Assembly (NCBI GenBank): GCA_041571435.1 | Contig: JBFFUI010000002.1 | Coordinates: forward strand, 32,001-96,000 | Origin: Sulfurimonadaceae bacterium | GTDB taxonomy: Bacteria > Campylobacterota > Campylobacteria > Campylobacterales > Sulfurimonadaceae | Direction of reading: 5' to 3' | Length of the DNA: 64,000 nucleotides | Shown here: piece by piece, positions 9,902-20,642 of the stretch | How the letters are laid out: every line of letters begins with the position of its first letter | Numbering within the stretch: position 1 is the first letter of the stretch | Notes under the pieces: model-generated | Told to the model about the DNA's origin: nothing | Database searches by the model: none | The model's input: the letters and a program-made list of their open reading frames with translations, nothing else | Program-made: the position numbers and the translations under genes

Positions 9902-10492
9902 TTACGCACCTACTCCATCACCGAACATCTCTTTCTCGATAGCGTCGCAGATCATATGCTCGATCAGAAGATGCGACTCCTGGATCCGTGGTGTAGCATC
10001 TGAGGGGACAATCAATGTATAATCAGCAGTCTGTGCCATCTTTCCGCCGTCACGACCGGTCAACGCGACCGTTGTGATCCCTCTCTCCTTGGCCGATGCA
10101 AAAGCGTTAAGAATATTCTGTGAATTACCAGAAGTAGAGATACCGATAAAAAGATCGCCCGCTTCGCCCATCCCTTCCAGCTGACGTGAAAAGACATAGT
10201 CATACCCGTAATCATTTCCGATCGCCGTCAAGTTTGAGGTGTCGGTGGTCAATGCCAACGCCGGCAAAGATGGACGGTCAAAACCATAGCGACCTACCAA
10301 CTCGGCAGCAAAATGCTGAGCATCCGCTGCAGAGCCGCCATTACCGGCGATCAAAATCTTTTTGCTCTTCTTATAGACCGTGACACAGGCTTTGATAACC
10401 TCTGCGATCTCCTCTAGAAATGTGCCATCGTTTAAAATCTTCTGTTTAGTCTCGGCCGAAGCAGCCACTTCGCTTTTAATATAATCTATCAT
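9902..10492 (-). CDS. gmhA: Sedoheptulose-7-phosphate isomerase
   Basis: GNGGSAADAQH, STSGNS and IQESH motifs. Confidence 0.96.
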   Translation of the reverse strand: MIDYIKSEVAASAETKQKILNDGTFLEEIAEVIKACVTVYKKSKKILIAGNGGSAADAQHFAAELVGRYGFDRPSLPALALTTDTSNLTAIGNDYGYDYVFSRQLEGMGEAGDLFIGISTSGNSQNILNAFASAKERGITTVALTGRDGGKMAQTADYTLIVPSDATPRIQESHLLIEHMICDAIEKEMFGDGVGA

Positions 10493-11701
10493 CTACTTTT
10501 TTCCTCGTAATTTCTCTTTTAATATTATTTTACCCATCTCGACACCCGGTTGGTCATAGGCATTAATGTCAAGCATATTGGCGACCAGTGCCGTCAGGAG
10601 TTCATAGTATAAGATCAGCTGGCCGATCTCCGAAGCGTTGACGCTCTCGATCTCGATCACGTCGAGAGGGATATTGTCGAGCGAATCCAGCGCTTCGATG
10701 ATCGAATCGGCCTGCATGTTGATCAGTTCCGAAAAGTCGTAACCGTTGATCAGGTCCATCGCATCAAGGTGTTCAAAGGTATTGTCCGGAATCCGCATCG
10801 TATTGTTAAACTCTTTGATCTTGATGACGGTCACCGATTTATCGCGTTTTCCTTCTACGATCAGCTGCAGAAAAGAGTGTTGATCCGTCGGCCCGATCAG
10901 GCCCACCGGCGTCAAGCCCACGTGGAGTTCACTGTGACGCTGCTTTTTGCCCAGACTCTCACCCCAAAGCTGTACATACCAGGCATTAAACTCACGAAAG
11001 ACCTCGGAGTAGGAGAAGAGACAGTTGATGTTGTAGGTGTTGGTGTTCTGGGCATAGAAGGTCGCCTTCTTCATCAAAGAGTGGCAATATCCCTGATCGT
11101 TGAAAAAGGCATCACGGACTTTTCTGGCACCATCGAGCAGCAGCTGGATGTTAACACCGATCAGCGCAAGCGGAATAAGCCCCGCACTGCTCAAGACAGA
11201 GAAACGGCCGCCCACATTTTCAGGAATGGCGTAATGGGCGATACCTCTCGCATCGGCGAACTTCTCAAGCGCCGAATTTTCATCGGTGATAATGACGCAG
11301 TTATCATTTTGCAGGTGCTCGACCGCATCAATATATTTGGCCACGGCAATCGTCTCAATCGTCGTTCCCGACTTACTGATAAGACAGTAATAGGCGTTGT
11401 GCATGTCGAAACTTTTCAGTTTGCTCTCCAGGATCAGCGGGTCGGTCGTATCCAGAATATGCAGTTTTTTGTCAAAAGAGCGTACAAGGTCCAAGAAGTG
11501 ATAAACGGCAGAAGCCCCCAGTGCGCTTCCTCCGATACCGATCACAACGATGTTGACCTGATCGACTTTGGACGCCAGCTCCAAAAACGGTGTGACATCC
11601 TGATCGCAAAGGTCATAAAATCCTATCTCTTCTCTCTCTTTGGCAATCGCATCGGAGAGCTTGTCATTGACTTTGGGTGAGAACTCGAAGGTATTTGTCA
11701 T
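10493..11701 (-). CDS. pgi: Glucose-6-phosphate isomerase
   Basis: GIGGS, SKSGTT, VGGRFS, QLWGESLGK and DQPGVE motifs. Confidence 0.95.
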   Translation of the reverse strand: MTNTFEFSPKVNDKLSDAIAKEREEIGFYDLCDQDVTPFLELASKVDQVNIVVIGIGGSALGASAVYHFLDLVRSFDKKLHILDTTDPLILESKLKSFDMHNAYYCLISKSGTTIETIAVAKYIDAVEHLQNDNCVIITDENSALEKFADARGIAHYAIPENVGGRFSVLSSAGLIPLALIGVNIQLLLDGARKVRDAFFNDQGYCHSLMKKATFYAQNTNTYNINCLFSYSEVFREFNAWYVQLWGESLGKKQRHSELHVGLTPVGLIGPTDQHSFLQLIVEGKRDKSVTVIKIKEFNNTMRIPDNTFEHLDAMDLINGYDFSELINMQADSIIEALDSLDNIPLDVIEIESVNASEIGQLILYYELLTALVANMLDINAYDQPGVEMGKIILKEKLRGKK

Positions 11702-11796
11702 AATTTCATCTTTTGAATTTTAAAGTGAATTATTTTATCGAACTTAGGCTAAAGAGCCTATTTTAAAGCGAAAAAGGCTCCAAAAAGCGTATAAAC

Positions 11797-11826
11797 TTGA
11801 CATCTTCCGTTTAGTTGTTATAAAAT
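11797..11826 (+). promoter_or_regulatory. Sigma70-type promoter of rho
   Basis: TTGACA at 11797-11802 and TGtTATAAAAT at 11816-11826. Confidence 0.6.
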
Positions 11827-11907
11827 ACGTTAAACAAATCTTAAAATCACTTCTTCAATTTATTCACAACTCTGTGAAAATTCCTCAGAACTCACATAAG
11901 GTAATTC

Positions 11908-13227
11908 ATGAGCGACACCCGTCAGCACAAAAACAACAAATCCTCCCGAACACATGTTCCCGTTACTGGTCACACTATTGAAGACCTCCGCACCAAACCG
12001 ATTGACGAACTTGTCAATATCGCTGCAGAACTTGGGGTAGAAGATCCCAACGAACTCAAACGTCAGGATCTTACCTTTGAGATCTTGAAATCACAGACAT
12101 CTCAAGGCGGTTTCATCCTCTTCACCGGTATTTTGGAGACGATGCAGGACGGTTACGGTTTCCTGCGTTCGATCGACACGACCTTCAGTGACTCGCTCAA
12201 TGATGCCTATGTCTCCAGTACACAGATCAAAAAGTTCGCCCTTCGTAATGGTGACGTGGTCACCGGTCAGGTCCGCCCTCCGAAAGACCAGGAGCGTTAT
12301 TACGCTCTTCTCAAGGTCGAGGCGATTAACTACCTGCCGCCGGCAGAGAGCAAAAAACGTCCGCTCTTTGAAAACCTGACGCCTCTTTACGCACTTGAAC
12401 AACTCACACTGGAGTACAAACCCGAAAAGCTGACCGGGCGTATGATGGACCTTTTCTGCCCTATCGGCAAGGGCCAGCGCGGCCTGATCGTCGCACCGCC
12501 GCGCTCCGGTAAAACGGAATTGATGAAGGAGATCGCACATGGTATCACGGCAAACCATCCGGAAGCCGAACTGATGGTCCTTCTTGTTGACGAACGTCCC
12601 GAAGAGGTTACCGATATGGAACGCTCTGTCAAAGGCGAAGTCTACAGTTCTACCTTCGATATGCCGGCAAAAAACCACGTCAAAGTCGCCGAGATGGTCA
12701 TCGAACGTGCCAAGCGCCGTGTCGAGATCGGCAAAGACGTTGTGATCTTGCTTGACTCGATCACTCGTCTTGCACGTGCCTATAATACGGTTACACCGTC
12801 AAGCGGTAAAGTCCTTTCAGGTGGTGTTGATGCCAATGCACTGCACAAACCGAAGCGTTTCTTCGGTGCGGCACGTAACATCGAAAACGGTGGTTCACTG
12901 ACGATTATTGCAACAGCACTTGTCGAGACGGGAAGCCGTATGGACGAAGTGATCTTTGAGGAGTTCAAAGGAACAGGTAACTCGGAGGTCGTACTTAGCC
13001 GTAAGATCGCCGATCGCCGTATCTTCCCTGCAATTGATATCTTGAAATCCGGTACGCGTAAAGAAGAACTTCTTATCGGTCCGGATATCCTCCAGAAAGT
13101 CTTCATCTTGCGTTCTATGCTCCATAAACAGGAAGATGAAGTCGAAGCACTTCGCTTCCTCTACACCAAGATGCAGAAAATGCCAACGAATGAAGAGTTC
13201 CTTAACATGATGAACGAGGCGAAATAA
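11908..13227 (+). CDS. rho: Transcription termination factor Rho
   Basis: [32 protein letters not shown] and EEFKGTGN motifs. Confidence 0.98.
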   Translation: MSDTRQHKNNKSSRTHVPVTGHTIEDLRTKPIDELVNIAAELGVEDPNELKRQDLTFEILKSQTSQGGFILFTGILETMQDGYGFLRSIDTTFSDSLNDAYVSSTQIKKFALRNGDVVTGQVRPPKDQERYYALLKVEAINYLPPAESKKRPLFENLTPLYALEQLTLEYKPEKLTGRMMDLFCPIGKGQRGLIVAPPRSGKTELMKEIAHGITANHPEAELMVLLVDERPEEVTDMERSVKGEVYSSTFDMPAKNHVKVAEMVIERAKRRVEIGKDVVILLDSITRLARAYNTVTPSSGKVLSGGVDANALHKPKRFFGAARNIENGGSLTIIATALVETGSRMDEVIFEEFKGTGNSEVVLSRKIADRRIFPAIDILKSGTRKEELLIGPDILQKVFILRSMLHKQEDEVEALRFLYTKMQKMPTNEEFLNMMNEAK

Positions 13228-13233
13228 GCGCTT

Positions 13234-13989
13234 ATGAGAGTCGGTGTCTTTGATAGCGGAATCGGTGGTCTGACGGTTGTCAAATCCCTATTGGAACATC
13301 AACTGTTTGAAGAGATCATCTACTTTGGCGACACGGCCCGCGTGCCGTATGGTGTCAAAGACAAAAACACCATCGTCCGCTACTCCCTTGAGGCCTTGGA
13401 ATTTTTTAAAAACTTCGAGATCGACCTGCTGATCACCGCCTGTAATACCGTAAGCGCCTACGCTCTCGAAGAGATGCGGGCCCAAGCACCTTTTGACGTC
13501 ATCGGTGTCGTCGAACCCGGTATCATCGCCACCAAAAACGCGCTGAACGACAGTGCTGCAAATATCCTGGTTCTTGGCACAAACGCAACGGTCTCATCCA
13601 AAGCCTACGAGATCTTACTGAAAGAGCAGGGATTCACCAACACGACGGCTAAAGCCACCGGACTTTTTGTCCCTATCATCGAAGAGGGACTTTTTTCGGG
13701 CGAAGTACTCGAAAGTACTATGAAGCATTACTTTGCGGGTCTTGAACATCCCGACGGGATCATTCTCGGCTGCACACACTTCCCTCTGATCGCCGACGCA
13801 ATTGCCGACTATTTCAACGACAATGTAACGTTGATCCACTCAGGAGAGGCAATAGTCGAATATTTGGAGACACACTACCCGTTTACCCAAAAACACGCCG
13901 AACCAAAGATCAAATTCTTCGCCTCGGAAAACCCCGAAGCACTGCGAAAAACGGCCCACCAATGGCTGAACCTTCCTGAACAAATATAG
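13234..13989 (+). CDS. murI: Glutamate racemase
   Basis: FDSGIGG, ACNT and LGCTHFP motifs. Confidence 0.97.
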   Translation: MRVGVFDSGIGGLTVVKSLLEHQLFEEIIYFGDTARVPYGVKDKNTIVRYSLEALEFFKNFEIDLLITACNTVSAYALEEMRAQAPFDVIGVVEPGIIATKNALNDSAANILVLGTNATVSSKAYEILLKEQGFTNTTAKATGLFVPIIEEGLFSGEVLESTMKHYFAGLEHPDGIILGCTHFPLIADAIADYFNDNVTLIHSGEAIVEYLETHYPFTQKHAEPKIKFFASENPEALRKTAHQWLNLPEQI

Positions 13990-14065
13990 GTTCAATCTGT
14001 CACATTTACAGAGCTAAAAGCACAGCTGTGCTATAGTCTAAAATATTTCAAAAATAGGCATTAAA

Positions 14066-15886
14066 GTGAATGAGAGTTCTGAAGTTTTAGCACGAAAGTA
14101 TCGTCCCGAAAGTTTTAATGAACTGATCGGCCAAGAGACGATTTCACAGACCCTTTCCCTTGCCCTTGACGCCAAACGCCTCTCACATGCCTACCTCTTT
14201 TCAGGCCTTCGCGGTTCCGGGAAAACCTCTACGGCCCGGATCTTTGCCAAAGCGCTGATCTGTGAACAGGGACCGACATCCCATCCTTGCGGTGTCTGCG
14301 AGCACTGTCTTATGGCCAAAGAGGGACGCCATATTGATATCATCGAAATGGATGCCGCCTCCAGCCGCAAGATCGATGATATTCGCGACCTTATCGAACA
14401 CACCAAGTATAAACCTGCCGCAGGAAACTACAAGATCTTTATAATCGATGAAGTGCATATGCTTACGAAAGAGGCCTTTAATGCTCTGTTGAAGACACTT
14501 GAAGAGCCTCCGGCCTATGTCAAGTTCATCCTTGCGACTACGGATCCACTAAAGCTGCCAGCGACGATCTTGAGCCGTACCCAGCATTTTCGTTTTAAAC
14601 GCATCGCCAATGTCAATGTCGTCCATCATCTTGAACATATCCTTCAACTTGAGAACATCACCTACGAAGAGGCCGCTTTGGACATCTTGGCACGCAGCGG
14701 TTCAGGCAGCCTTCGCGATACACTGACCCTGCTTGATCAGGCCATCATCTACTCGAAGAACCATGTTGATGTTCAGACCGTAACCGACATGCTTGGACTG
14801 GTTGACCCGCAATTCATTGAGACAATCTTCACGGCCATATTCAACGGTGACAGGGCTGCTGTACTCGGCTATATTCAGGCACTCGAGGATTATGAGGCCG
14901 AGATGGTCGTTGATGAGCTTATCGCCTTTTTGAAAGAGCGTCTCTATGCCCAGGACGGCCACTATTCGGTGTTGCTTTTAGAGCGTTTTTTCCGTATCCT
15001 ATCCGATGCAAAATCACTCTTCAGCATCAACGCAGACGGCAGTTTTGTGCTCAGTATGGTCTTTTTTAAAATGTTGGAAGCACTGAAGGTCAAAGAGATC
15101 GACCAGATGATCGAATCCTTGGAGCTACAGATAGGCAGCGGGGCGCCGATTCCAACAGCGGCAGCCAGACCTCAGCCGCAACAGCCAACACCGTCTGCCG
15201 AAGCTGAGCAGGATCTGCCCGTATCCGATACGGTACAGACAACAACCCCGCAACATTCTTTCCAGACGGAAAGCTCACCGGAACCGGAACCTGTCATATC
15301 TGAGCCAGTCGTTGAAGATGCCAAAGAACGTGCTCTTTTTGAACAACTTATCGGTAAGATCGAAGACCGCAGTATCGATCTCGGACGCTGTTTTAAAGAA
15401 CAGATCAGTTTTGTATCGTACGCGGACAACACACTGACGTGGGAGAGCTGTGCTGATGAAGAGTGTAAACAACAGCTCAAGCATGGCTATAGTGTTATCA
15501 AACAGTTTGTGCGTGAGATCTTTGGGTTTGAGACGAAAATCAAAGCACAGAAGTGTTCTAAAACGCCAACCGAATCGAGTCCGTCAAACACGCCTGAAGC
15601 ATCGTTACAAGAACAACCGCAACAAACGCAGGAACAGCCTCAGCAACAGTACCAACAGCCTCAGCAGAGGCCTCAAGTTCAGCCATCTGCTGAGGCCTCT
15701 GCACCCCAGGTCTCTTCGATGACAGAGGAGTCCGAGGTCGGTACAGGTTCCTGCGTAGCCGGCTGTAGCGACAGTGATCAATCCACCAAAGAGTTTGACG
15801 GTCAGGCCATCCTGGAAGAGCCGATGATCCAAAAAGCCACCGAGCTTTTTGAAGCCACCAAGATCACCATCCAAAACAAAGTGTAG
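14066..15886 (+). CDS. dnaX: DNA polymerase III subunit gamma/tau
   Basis: LARKYRP, GLRGSGKTS, Zn-binding cysteines, DEVHML, LLKTLEEP; long Q/P-rich C-terminal linkers. Confidence 0.96.
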   Translation: MNESSEVLARKYRPESFNELIGQETISQTLSLALDAKRLSHAYLFSGLRGSGKTSTARIFAKALICEQGPTSHPCGVCEHCLMAKEGRHIDIIEMDAASSRKIDDIRDLIEHTKYKPAAGNYKIFIIDEVHMLTKEAFNALLKTLEEPPAYVKFILATTDPLKLPATILSRTQHFRFKRIANVNVVHHLEHILQLENITYEEAALDILARSGSGSLRDTLTLLDQAIIYSKNHVDVQTVTDMLGLVDPQFIETIFTAIFNGDRAAVLGYIQALEDYEAEMVVDELIAFLKERLYAQDGHYSVLLLERFFRILSDAKSLFSINADGSFVLSMVFFKMLEALKVKEIDQMIESLELQIGSGAPIPTAAARPQPQQPTPSAEAEQDLPVSDTVQTTTPQHSFQTESSPEPEPVISEPVVEDAKERALFEQLIGKIEDRSIDLGRCFKEQISFVSYADNTLTWESCADEECKQQLKHGYSVIKQFVREIFGFETKIKAQKCSKTPTESSPSNTPEASLQEQPQQTQEQPQQQYQQPQQRPQVQPSAEASAPQVSSMTEESEVGTGSCVAGCSDSDQSTKEFDGQAILEEPMIQKATELFEATKITIQNKV

Positions 15887-16161
15887 TGGAAAACCTAAGC
15901 GCGACCCCCTTTCATGAACGGCTGCTCTCCTTCGATGATGGTGCCTATGATGTTATCTTCTCTGCAAAGCGCTATCTCTTTCGCAAAGAGACCCATCTGG
16001 ACGGTAAGCTTGTAAAAGTCTATGCCGAAGAGCTGGGCGGAAATGATTTTATCAGCCTCAACTACCAACCGCAAACGCTCAACGGCCTCTTAAAACCGTG
16101 TGAAATGGCGGACCGGAAGGTCATTGATTTTGTCAACCGTGCGAAGCGAATTAATCCCTGA
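15886..16161 (+). CDS. Conserved-looking hypothetical protein (ELGGxDFISLN...LKPCEM motif)
   Basis: GTG start overlaps the dnaX stop (TAGTG); the 91-aa ORF fills the gap. Confidence 0.7.
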   Translation: MENLSATPFHERLLSFDDGAYDVIFSAKRYLFRKETHLDGKLVKVYAEELGGNDFISLNYQPQTLNGLLKPCEMADRKVIDFVNRAKRINP

Positions 16162-16741
16162 ACGGCTTGTAAAAAGGCTCGTCCGCCAAGGCCAGCAGCT
16201 CCCGATCGCCCCGGCTGTCACCGTAAGCAAAGATATGGTCGTATTGGTCCAGATCATAAGCGGCCTTGACGCGGTTCGCTTTTTCCGGACCGAAACAGTT
16301 TTTGGTCGCAAATCTGCCTGTCAGTTTGCCGCCTTTAACCTCAAGGCGGGTGGAGATGAGAACAATACTGTTCTTATCACACCACGGCTGCAGCCACTCC
16401 GCCATTGATGCCGAAACAATGACGACTTCATCCCCCCGCTCCTGATGCCATCGTACTCTCTCCATCGCCTTTGGCCTTGTTAAGGCATCGATCTTTTCAA
16501 GGGAGTATCGCTCAGCCAATGTCTGAAACTGTTCTGCGTCCCACCCTCTGAAAAAATGCGAAATCAGGCGTTCTTTAGCGATATGGTTGGGGACGATCTT
16601 GAGCGTGTAACCTGTCAATATCGGACTTAAAACCACTAAACCGAGATAATATCTTGGTCTGCCCACGGCAAATTGAATAAAGTCAGCCAGGCTGTCTCTG
16701 TCGGTGACGGTGCCGTCAAAATCGAACAGAGCAAGGGTCAT
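16151..16741 (-). CDS. HAD-IB family phosphatase (candidate polyprenyl-P-ribose-5-P phosphatase)
   Basis: FDFDGT, VSAS and AYGDSRGD motifs; last gene of the ubiA-gtrA-dprE operon. Confidence 0.85.
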   Translation of the reverse strand: MTLALFDFDGTVTDRDSLADFIQFAVGRPRYYLGLVVLSPILTGYTLKIVPNHIAKERLISHFFRGWDAEQFQTLAERYSLEKIDALTRPKAMERVRWHQERGDEVVIVSASMAEWLQPWCDKNSIVLISTRLEVKGGKLTGRFATKNCFGPEKANRVKAAYDLDQYDHIFAYGDSRGDRELLALADEPFYKPFRD

Positions 16742-18210
16742 CGATAGTACCGCTCTTCAAAGTAGCACTTCCCTTTAGGAAGCCAGGAAGGGATATTGTA
16801 AAACTTCTTACGCTGCACATCGAGGTACTTCGCTTTATAGGTTTCGTAAGAGAAGTTTTCACACTTGGCAAGATAGAAGGTCGCTTTTGCAACCTCGAAT
16901 GTCTCTATCTTGACCGCTTCACAGACATCAGAGAGCTCACTTTCAGCGATAGAACGGTGGTTAAAGATCATGATATCTTTCTTGTCAAGGGTCCGTACAT
17001 CGACCAGGGCATCGTCAAGGCGACCATATTTTGAGTTGTTGAAGAGCATATGTACCTTCATATCGCAATTGTAAGAGACAACAGAAGCCGGTGTATAGCC
17101 CAGTGAAAAGAGGTTTCCACGGTAGGGTTCCAACTCTTTACAGACCTCCTCCGCCTTAACCCCGTAAACGATAGAACTGTAAGATGAGCTCTTTTCAAAA
17201 AGCGACAGTGGGAGCAGCAGTACCGTTACGACGATGAGACCATGCAGCATCGTAAAGATGACGTTATATGTGAAAAGCCGGTTCAGTCGCGCTTCGTCGA
17301 CAAAGACAAACAACAGGTACATGTACGGCACGAAAAGCAAAAACCAGTGCAAACCGACCGTGTTTTTCAGAGAGACGACAAAAAATATCGTTAACGAGAC
17401 ACCCAGGACCGCAGTGATCAGTGTCAGGGTCCTACCGCGCTGAAATCCCGACTTGACCAACATCCAAAGACCCCATGGCGTAAACAGGTACAAGACGATG
17501 CCGAAAAAGACCAAGAGAAGTTCCGGATGGTACTCGGATTTTGGTCGGGCAATGAAGTTGAACATGATGTTGTTCCAACAGCTGTTGTAGTTGAAGTAGA
17601 GGTTTTGTGCAACAAACAAAAGCAGTACCGTTGTCACCAGCAGTATAGGCTTGATCGCTTTTTGTCTGAGCGTAATCAACGCATAGAGATAGAGCGCAAA
17701 GATCAGAAAAACGGCAAAGTACTTGCTCAAAAAAGCCAGGCCGAGGAAAACCCCTGCCCCCAGCGCCCTCTTCCACCACGCTTCTCTCTCCAGGGCACTG
17801 ACAAAAAGATAGGCGCCGATCGTGCCGAAAAAAGCCAGCGCAATGTCGTTGGTAAAGAGCAGCATCAGCATGTCGATGGGACTGGCAAGGAAGATCAAGG
17901 CGACATAAAACGCTTTCTCTTTGGAGACGCTTCTGATGGCAAGAAGATAGATAACATAGGCCATCACAACAGCGCTCATCACGCTGAAAAGTCTGTACAA
18001 GATGACATCATGGCTGATAAAGCGCATCAGGTAGATCAGCCAGCCCACCATTGGCGGGTGGTCATAATAGCCCATCATCAGGTTCTGTCCCCACTTGACA
18101 AAGTAGGCTTCATCCCCCGTAATAGGGAGCATCACAAGGATGACAAGTTTGGTCAGTAGGATCAGCGCAACGGCCAAAAGCGCCTTGCGGTACTTCTGCA
18201 GAAGTGTCAT
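16738..18210 (-). CDS. ArnT-like (GT-C fold, GT83/PMT_2-type) membrane glycosyltransferase
   Basis: GDEAYF...GYYDHPPMVGW luminal-loop motif, GLAFLSKY, roughly 11 TM helices, periplasmic C-terminal domain. Confidence 0.85.
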   Translation of the reverse strand: MTLLQKYRKALLAVALILLTKLVILVMLPITGDEAYFVKWGQNLMMGYYDHPPMVGWLIYLMRFISHDVILYRLFSVMSAVVMAYVIYLLAIRSVSKEKAFYVALIFLASPIDMLMLLFTNDIALAFFGTIGAYLFVSALEREAWWKRALGAGVFLGLAFLSKYFAVFLIFALYLYALITLRQKAIKPILLVTTVLLLFVAQNLYFNYNSCWNNIMFNFIARPKSEYHPELLLVFFGIVLYLFTPWGLWMLVKSGFQRGRTLTLITAVLGVSLTIFFVVSLKNTVGLHWFLLFVPYMYLLFVFVDEARLNRLFTYNVIFTMLHGLIVVTVLLLPLSLFEKSSSYSSIVYGVKAEEVCKELEPYRGNLFSLGYTPASVVSYNCDMKVHMLFNNSKYGRLDDALVDVRTLDKKDIMIFNHRSIAESELSDVCEAVKIETFEVAKATFYLAKCENFSYETYKAKYLDVQRKKFYNIPSWLPKGKCYFEERYYR

Positions 18211-18938
18211 ATACTCATCTTTTTAAACTGGAACTCCGGGATCGTTTTGATGATCAGCATCACCCATCGCCACATCCATCTAGTGTAGAGGACATTTCTG
18301 TTTTTCTGCTGTGCCTTGTAGATATCTTCTGCCACCTCGTCAGGCTGTGCCGTCAGTTTTTCAGGAAGGTCCATCCCTTCGGTCATTTTAGTCGCCACAA
18401 ATCCGGGTTTCACTGTCAAGACATGCACCTGCGCTCCATAGAGCCGGTTTCTAAGCCCTGACAGATACGCCGTAAGCGCCGCTTTTGCTGAGCCGTAGAT
18501 GTAATTGCTCTTGCGACCGCGATCACCGGCCACGGAGCTGATGCCGACGATAAAACCGCTTCTTCTCTGTTCAAAATCATCGGCAACAATATTCAGCAGA
18601 CTTACGACACCGGTATAGTTGGTCTCCATGATGCGCCGGGCTTCATCAAAGTCTGACTGTGCCTTCTCCTGCTCGCCAAGATACCCAATGGCAGAGATGA
18701 TACCCAGCGGCTTCTCTTCGAGCTGTTCATAAAAGGCCTGATGGCTCTGATAGTCCAGGATGTCCAGTTCGACAAGTTTGACAACGCGCTGTGTTCTGAC
18801 CGTCACGTCATTTGCAAATGCCTCCAGCGTATCTGCCTCTCTTGCGGCAAGGTAGAGATCGTAGCCGTGTTTGGCATACTCTCTCGCTGTCGCTTTGGCG
18901 ATGTCACTTTTTGCGCCGATGATCAATATATAGCTCAT
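18207..18938 (-). CDS. dprE2: SDR oxidoreductase, DprE2-like (polyprenylphosphoryl-2-keto-pentose reductase)
   Basis: GAKSDIA, SSVAGDRGRKSNYIYGSAKA and VKPGFVATKMT; directly after the DprE1-like gene. Confidence 0.85.
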   Translation of the reverse strand: MSYILIIGAKSDIAKATAREYAKHGYDLYLAAREADTLEAFANDVTVRTQRVVKLVELDILDYQSHQAFYEQLEEKPLGIISAIGYLGEQEKAQSDFDEARRIMETNYTGVVSLLNIVADDFEQRRSGFIVGISSVAGDRGRKSNYIYGSAKAALTAYLSGLRNRLYGAQVHVLTVKPGFVATKMTEGMDLPEKLTAQPDEVAEDIYKAQQKNRNVLYTRWMWRWVMLIIKTIPEFQFKKMSI

Positions 18939-18939
18939 G

Positions 18940-20238
18940 TTATATTCCTACTCGTTTTGATTGTAATGACTGGAACTTGGTCTCCATATTCTGCTCTTTT
19001 CTGTACTCTCTGAAGGTCTCGATCTGCGGGTACCCCTTCTCGAAGGTCTCCTTGGAGACACGAACATCTTTGGTCAGGTAGATACGCCCCTCGTGCTCTA
19101 CAACGATCTCATCAAGCTTGTCGAGAAGCTCGAAAAGCCCCTTCTCTATTTTGAAATCCAGCGCAAGACTGTACCCCTCTATCGGAAAAGAGAGATAGTT
19201 GTCATTGGCCTTGCCGTAGAGTTTAAGCACCGCCAGAAACGACCCCTTGCCCGAGTCAGAGATGGTTTTTAGAATCGCTTCCAACCCTTCATAACTCCGC
19301 TCTTTGGGCAGGATGAACTGGTACTGGGTAAAGCCGTTTTTGCCATAAATGCGGTTCCAATGGCCGATGGCATCGAGCGGATAAAAGAAGGTGTCGATGT
19401 CAACACGCTGTTTGGAGACCCGCTCTTTGACCTTACCGTAGTAGAGCCAGTTGAAGACCCGCACACTGAGGTTGTTCAGTGCAAAGCTCGGAAAGTTGAA
19501 TGGGATGGTGCGCTTGGCACTGTTTTGGTAGTCGAGCTTCCCGTCATCTTTGAAGTCGCCGACCATCAAAAGACATTTACCGATCTGATCACCTTTGGCA
19601 AGGCAGTCGATCCAGGCAACCGAATAGGGCTTATCGCTGTACTCTTCAAAGGCCTCGAAGGTCTCTTTGAGGTTTTTGGTCTTGATGGTGGTCTGCTCTA
19701 TGAATTTGGAGTTGATCTTTTTCAAATAGATCTTGGCATCCACAATGACACCGGTCAGACCCATACCCCCGCAAGTCGCCTTGAACAGTTCGGGCGTCGT
19801 CTCTTTGGAACAGGTGACGATCTCACCGTCGGCCAGCATGATGTTAAATTCCTGCACACATTCGCTGAAACACCCTTCGACATGATGGTTCTTGCCATGG
19901 ACATCGGACGCGATGGCGCCTCCTACCGTGATAAGCTTCGTACCCGGCGTGACTTTGAGGAACCACCCTCTCGGAACGAAAGACTCCAATATCTCGGAAA
20001 GCAGCACGCCGGCCTGTACATGCAGCAGCCCCTGCTCTTCGTCAAAACTGATAAAATAGTCATGCGGTCTGACATAGATGATGTTCTCGTTCAAGGCGCT
20101 GTCACCGTAACTTCTACCGTTGCCAAAGGGTATAAAGCTTGCATCTTCGCTGACGATCTCTTTGAGCGTCTCGACTTTGTCAAACCTGAAGACGCGGTTT
20201 TTGATCTTCGGGTACATTCCCCAGCTCATCAGGCTCAT
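18940..20238 (-). CDS. dprE1: FAD-dependent oxidase, DprE1-like (polyprenylphosphoryl-beta-D-ribose oxidase)
   Basis: GNGRSYGD, VTPGTKLITVGGAIASDVHGKNHH, YSVAWIDC, FFYPLD and GRIYLTKD, all typical of DprE1. Confidence 0.9.
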   Translation of the reverse strand: MSLMSWGMYPKIKNRVFRFDKVETLKEIVSEDASFIPFGNGRSYGDSALNENIIYVRPHDYFISFDEEQGLLHVQAGVLLSEILESFVPRGWFLKVTPGTKLITVGGAIASDVHGKNHHVEGCFSECVQEFNIMLADGEIVTCSKETTPELFKATCGGMGLTGVIVDAKIYLKKINSKFIEQTTIKTKNLKETFEAFEEYSDKPYSVAWIDCLAKGDQIGKCLLMVGDFKDDGKLDYQNSAKRTIPFNFPSFALNNLSVRVFNWLYYGKVKERVSKQRVDIDTFFYPLDAIGHWNRIYGKNGFTQYQFILPKERSYEGLEAILKTISDSGKGSFLAVLKLYGKANDNYLSFPIEGYSLALDFKIEKGLFELLDKLDEIVVEHEGRIYLTKDVRVSKETFEKGYPQIETFREYRKEQNMETKFQSLQSKRVGI

Positions 20239-20642
20239 GAAGTCTGCTCCTCTTTATGGATAAAGACATAATGCTTGTCTAAAAAATATTTGATGACGTA
20301 ACCGATACCCAGACCGATGACTGCTCCGAAGTATTTGGCATCCGGATCGTCTAAAAGGGTGTCGAACGCAATCTCCGTTCCCCAGAAAATGACGGTAGTA
20401 AAGACCCCCATAAAGGAATAGAGCACAAACTTTTTGGCATCGTCTTTCTTGTCTTTGGGGGTATGGTAAAAGATAAACTTTTTATCCAGGAGATATTTGG
20501 CGACCAGTCCGGCCAATGTTCCGAACGCCATGGCCACATAAAGTTCACCGACACCCGTATAGAGGAGAAAACTAAAGTACTGAAACAGCAGGTTAAAGAG
20601 TGTTGATATCACCGCAAAGAGCGTGTACTTTATCACTAGCAT
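20235..20642 (-). CDS. GtrA-family 4-TM lipid-linked sugar flippase/scaffold
   Basis: Two helical hairpins each ending KYxLDKxxIF/VF; ATG at 20642 overlaps the upstream TGA. Confidence 0.85.
   Translation of the reverse strand: MLVIKYTLFAVISTLFNLLFQYFSFLLYTGVGELYVAMAFGTLAGLVAKYLLDKKFIFYHTPKDKKDDAKKFVLYSFMGVFTTVIFWGTEIAFDTLLDDPDAKYFGAVIGLGIGYVIKYFLDKHYVFIHKEEQTS

Noticed and set aside
10769-11680. 303-aa + strand ORF (similar cases: 19360-20271, 670-1464, 40167-40868)
   Set aside because: Antisense or alternate-frame shadows of well-supported genes, with no motifs or RBS.
14066-15886. Programmed frameshift in dnaX producing a gamma subunit
   Set aside because: No A-AAA-AAG or long A-run at the expected position was seen.
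5762-15886. Odd mixture of LPS, cytochrome, rho and dnaX genes as a novel cluster
   Set aside because: Resembles the ordinary conserved gene neighbourhood of Campylobacter (hld/gmh, c553, ccoS, ccoI, rho, dnaX).
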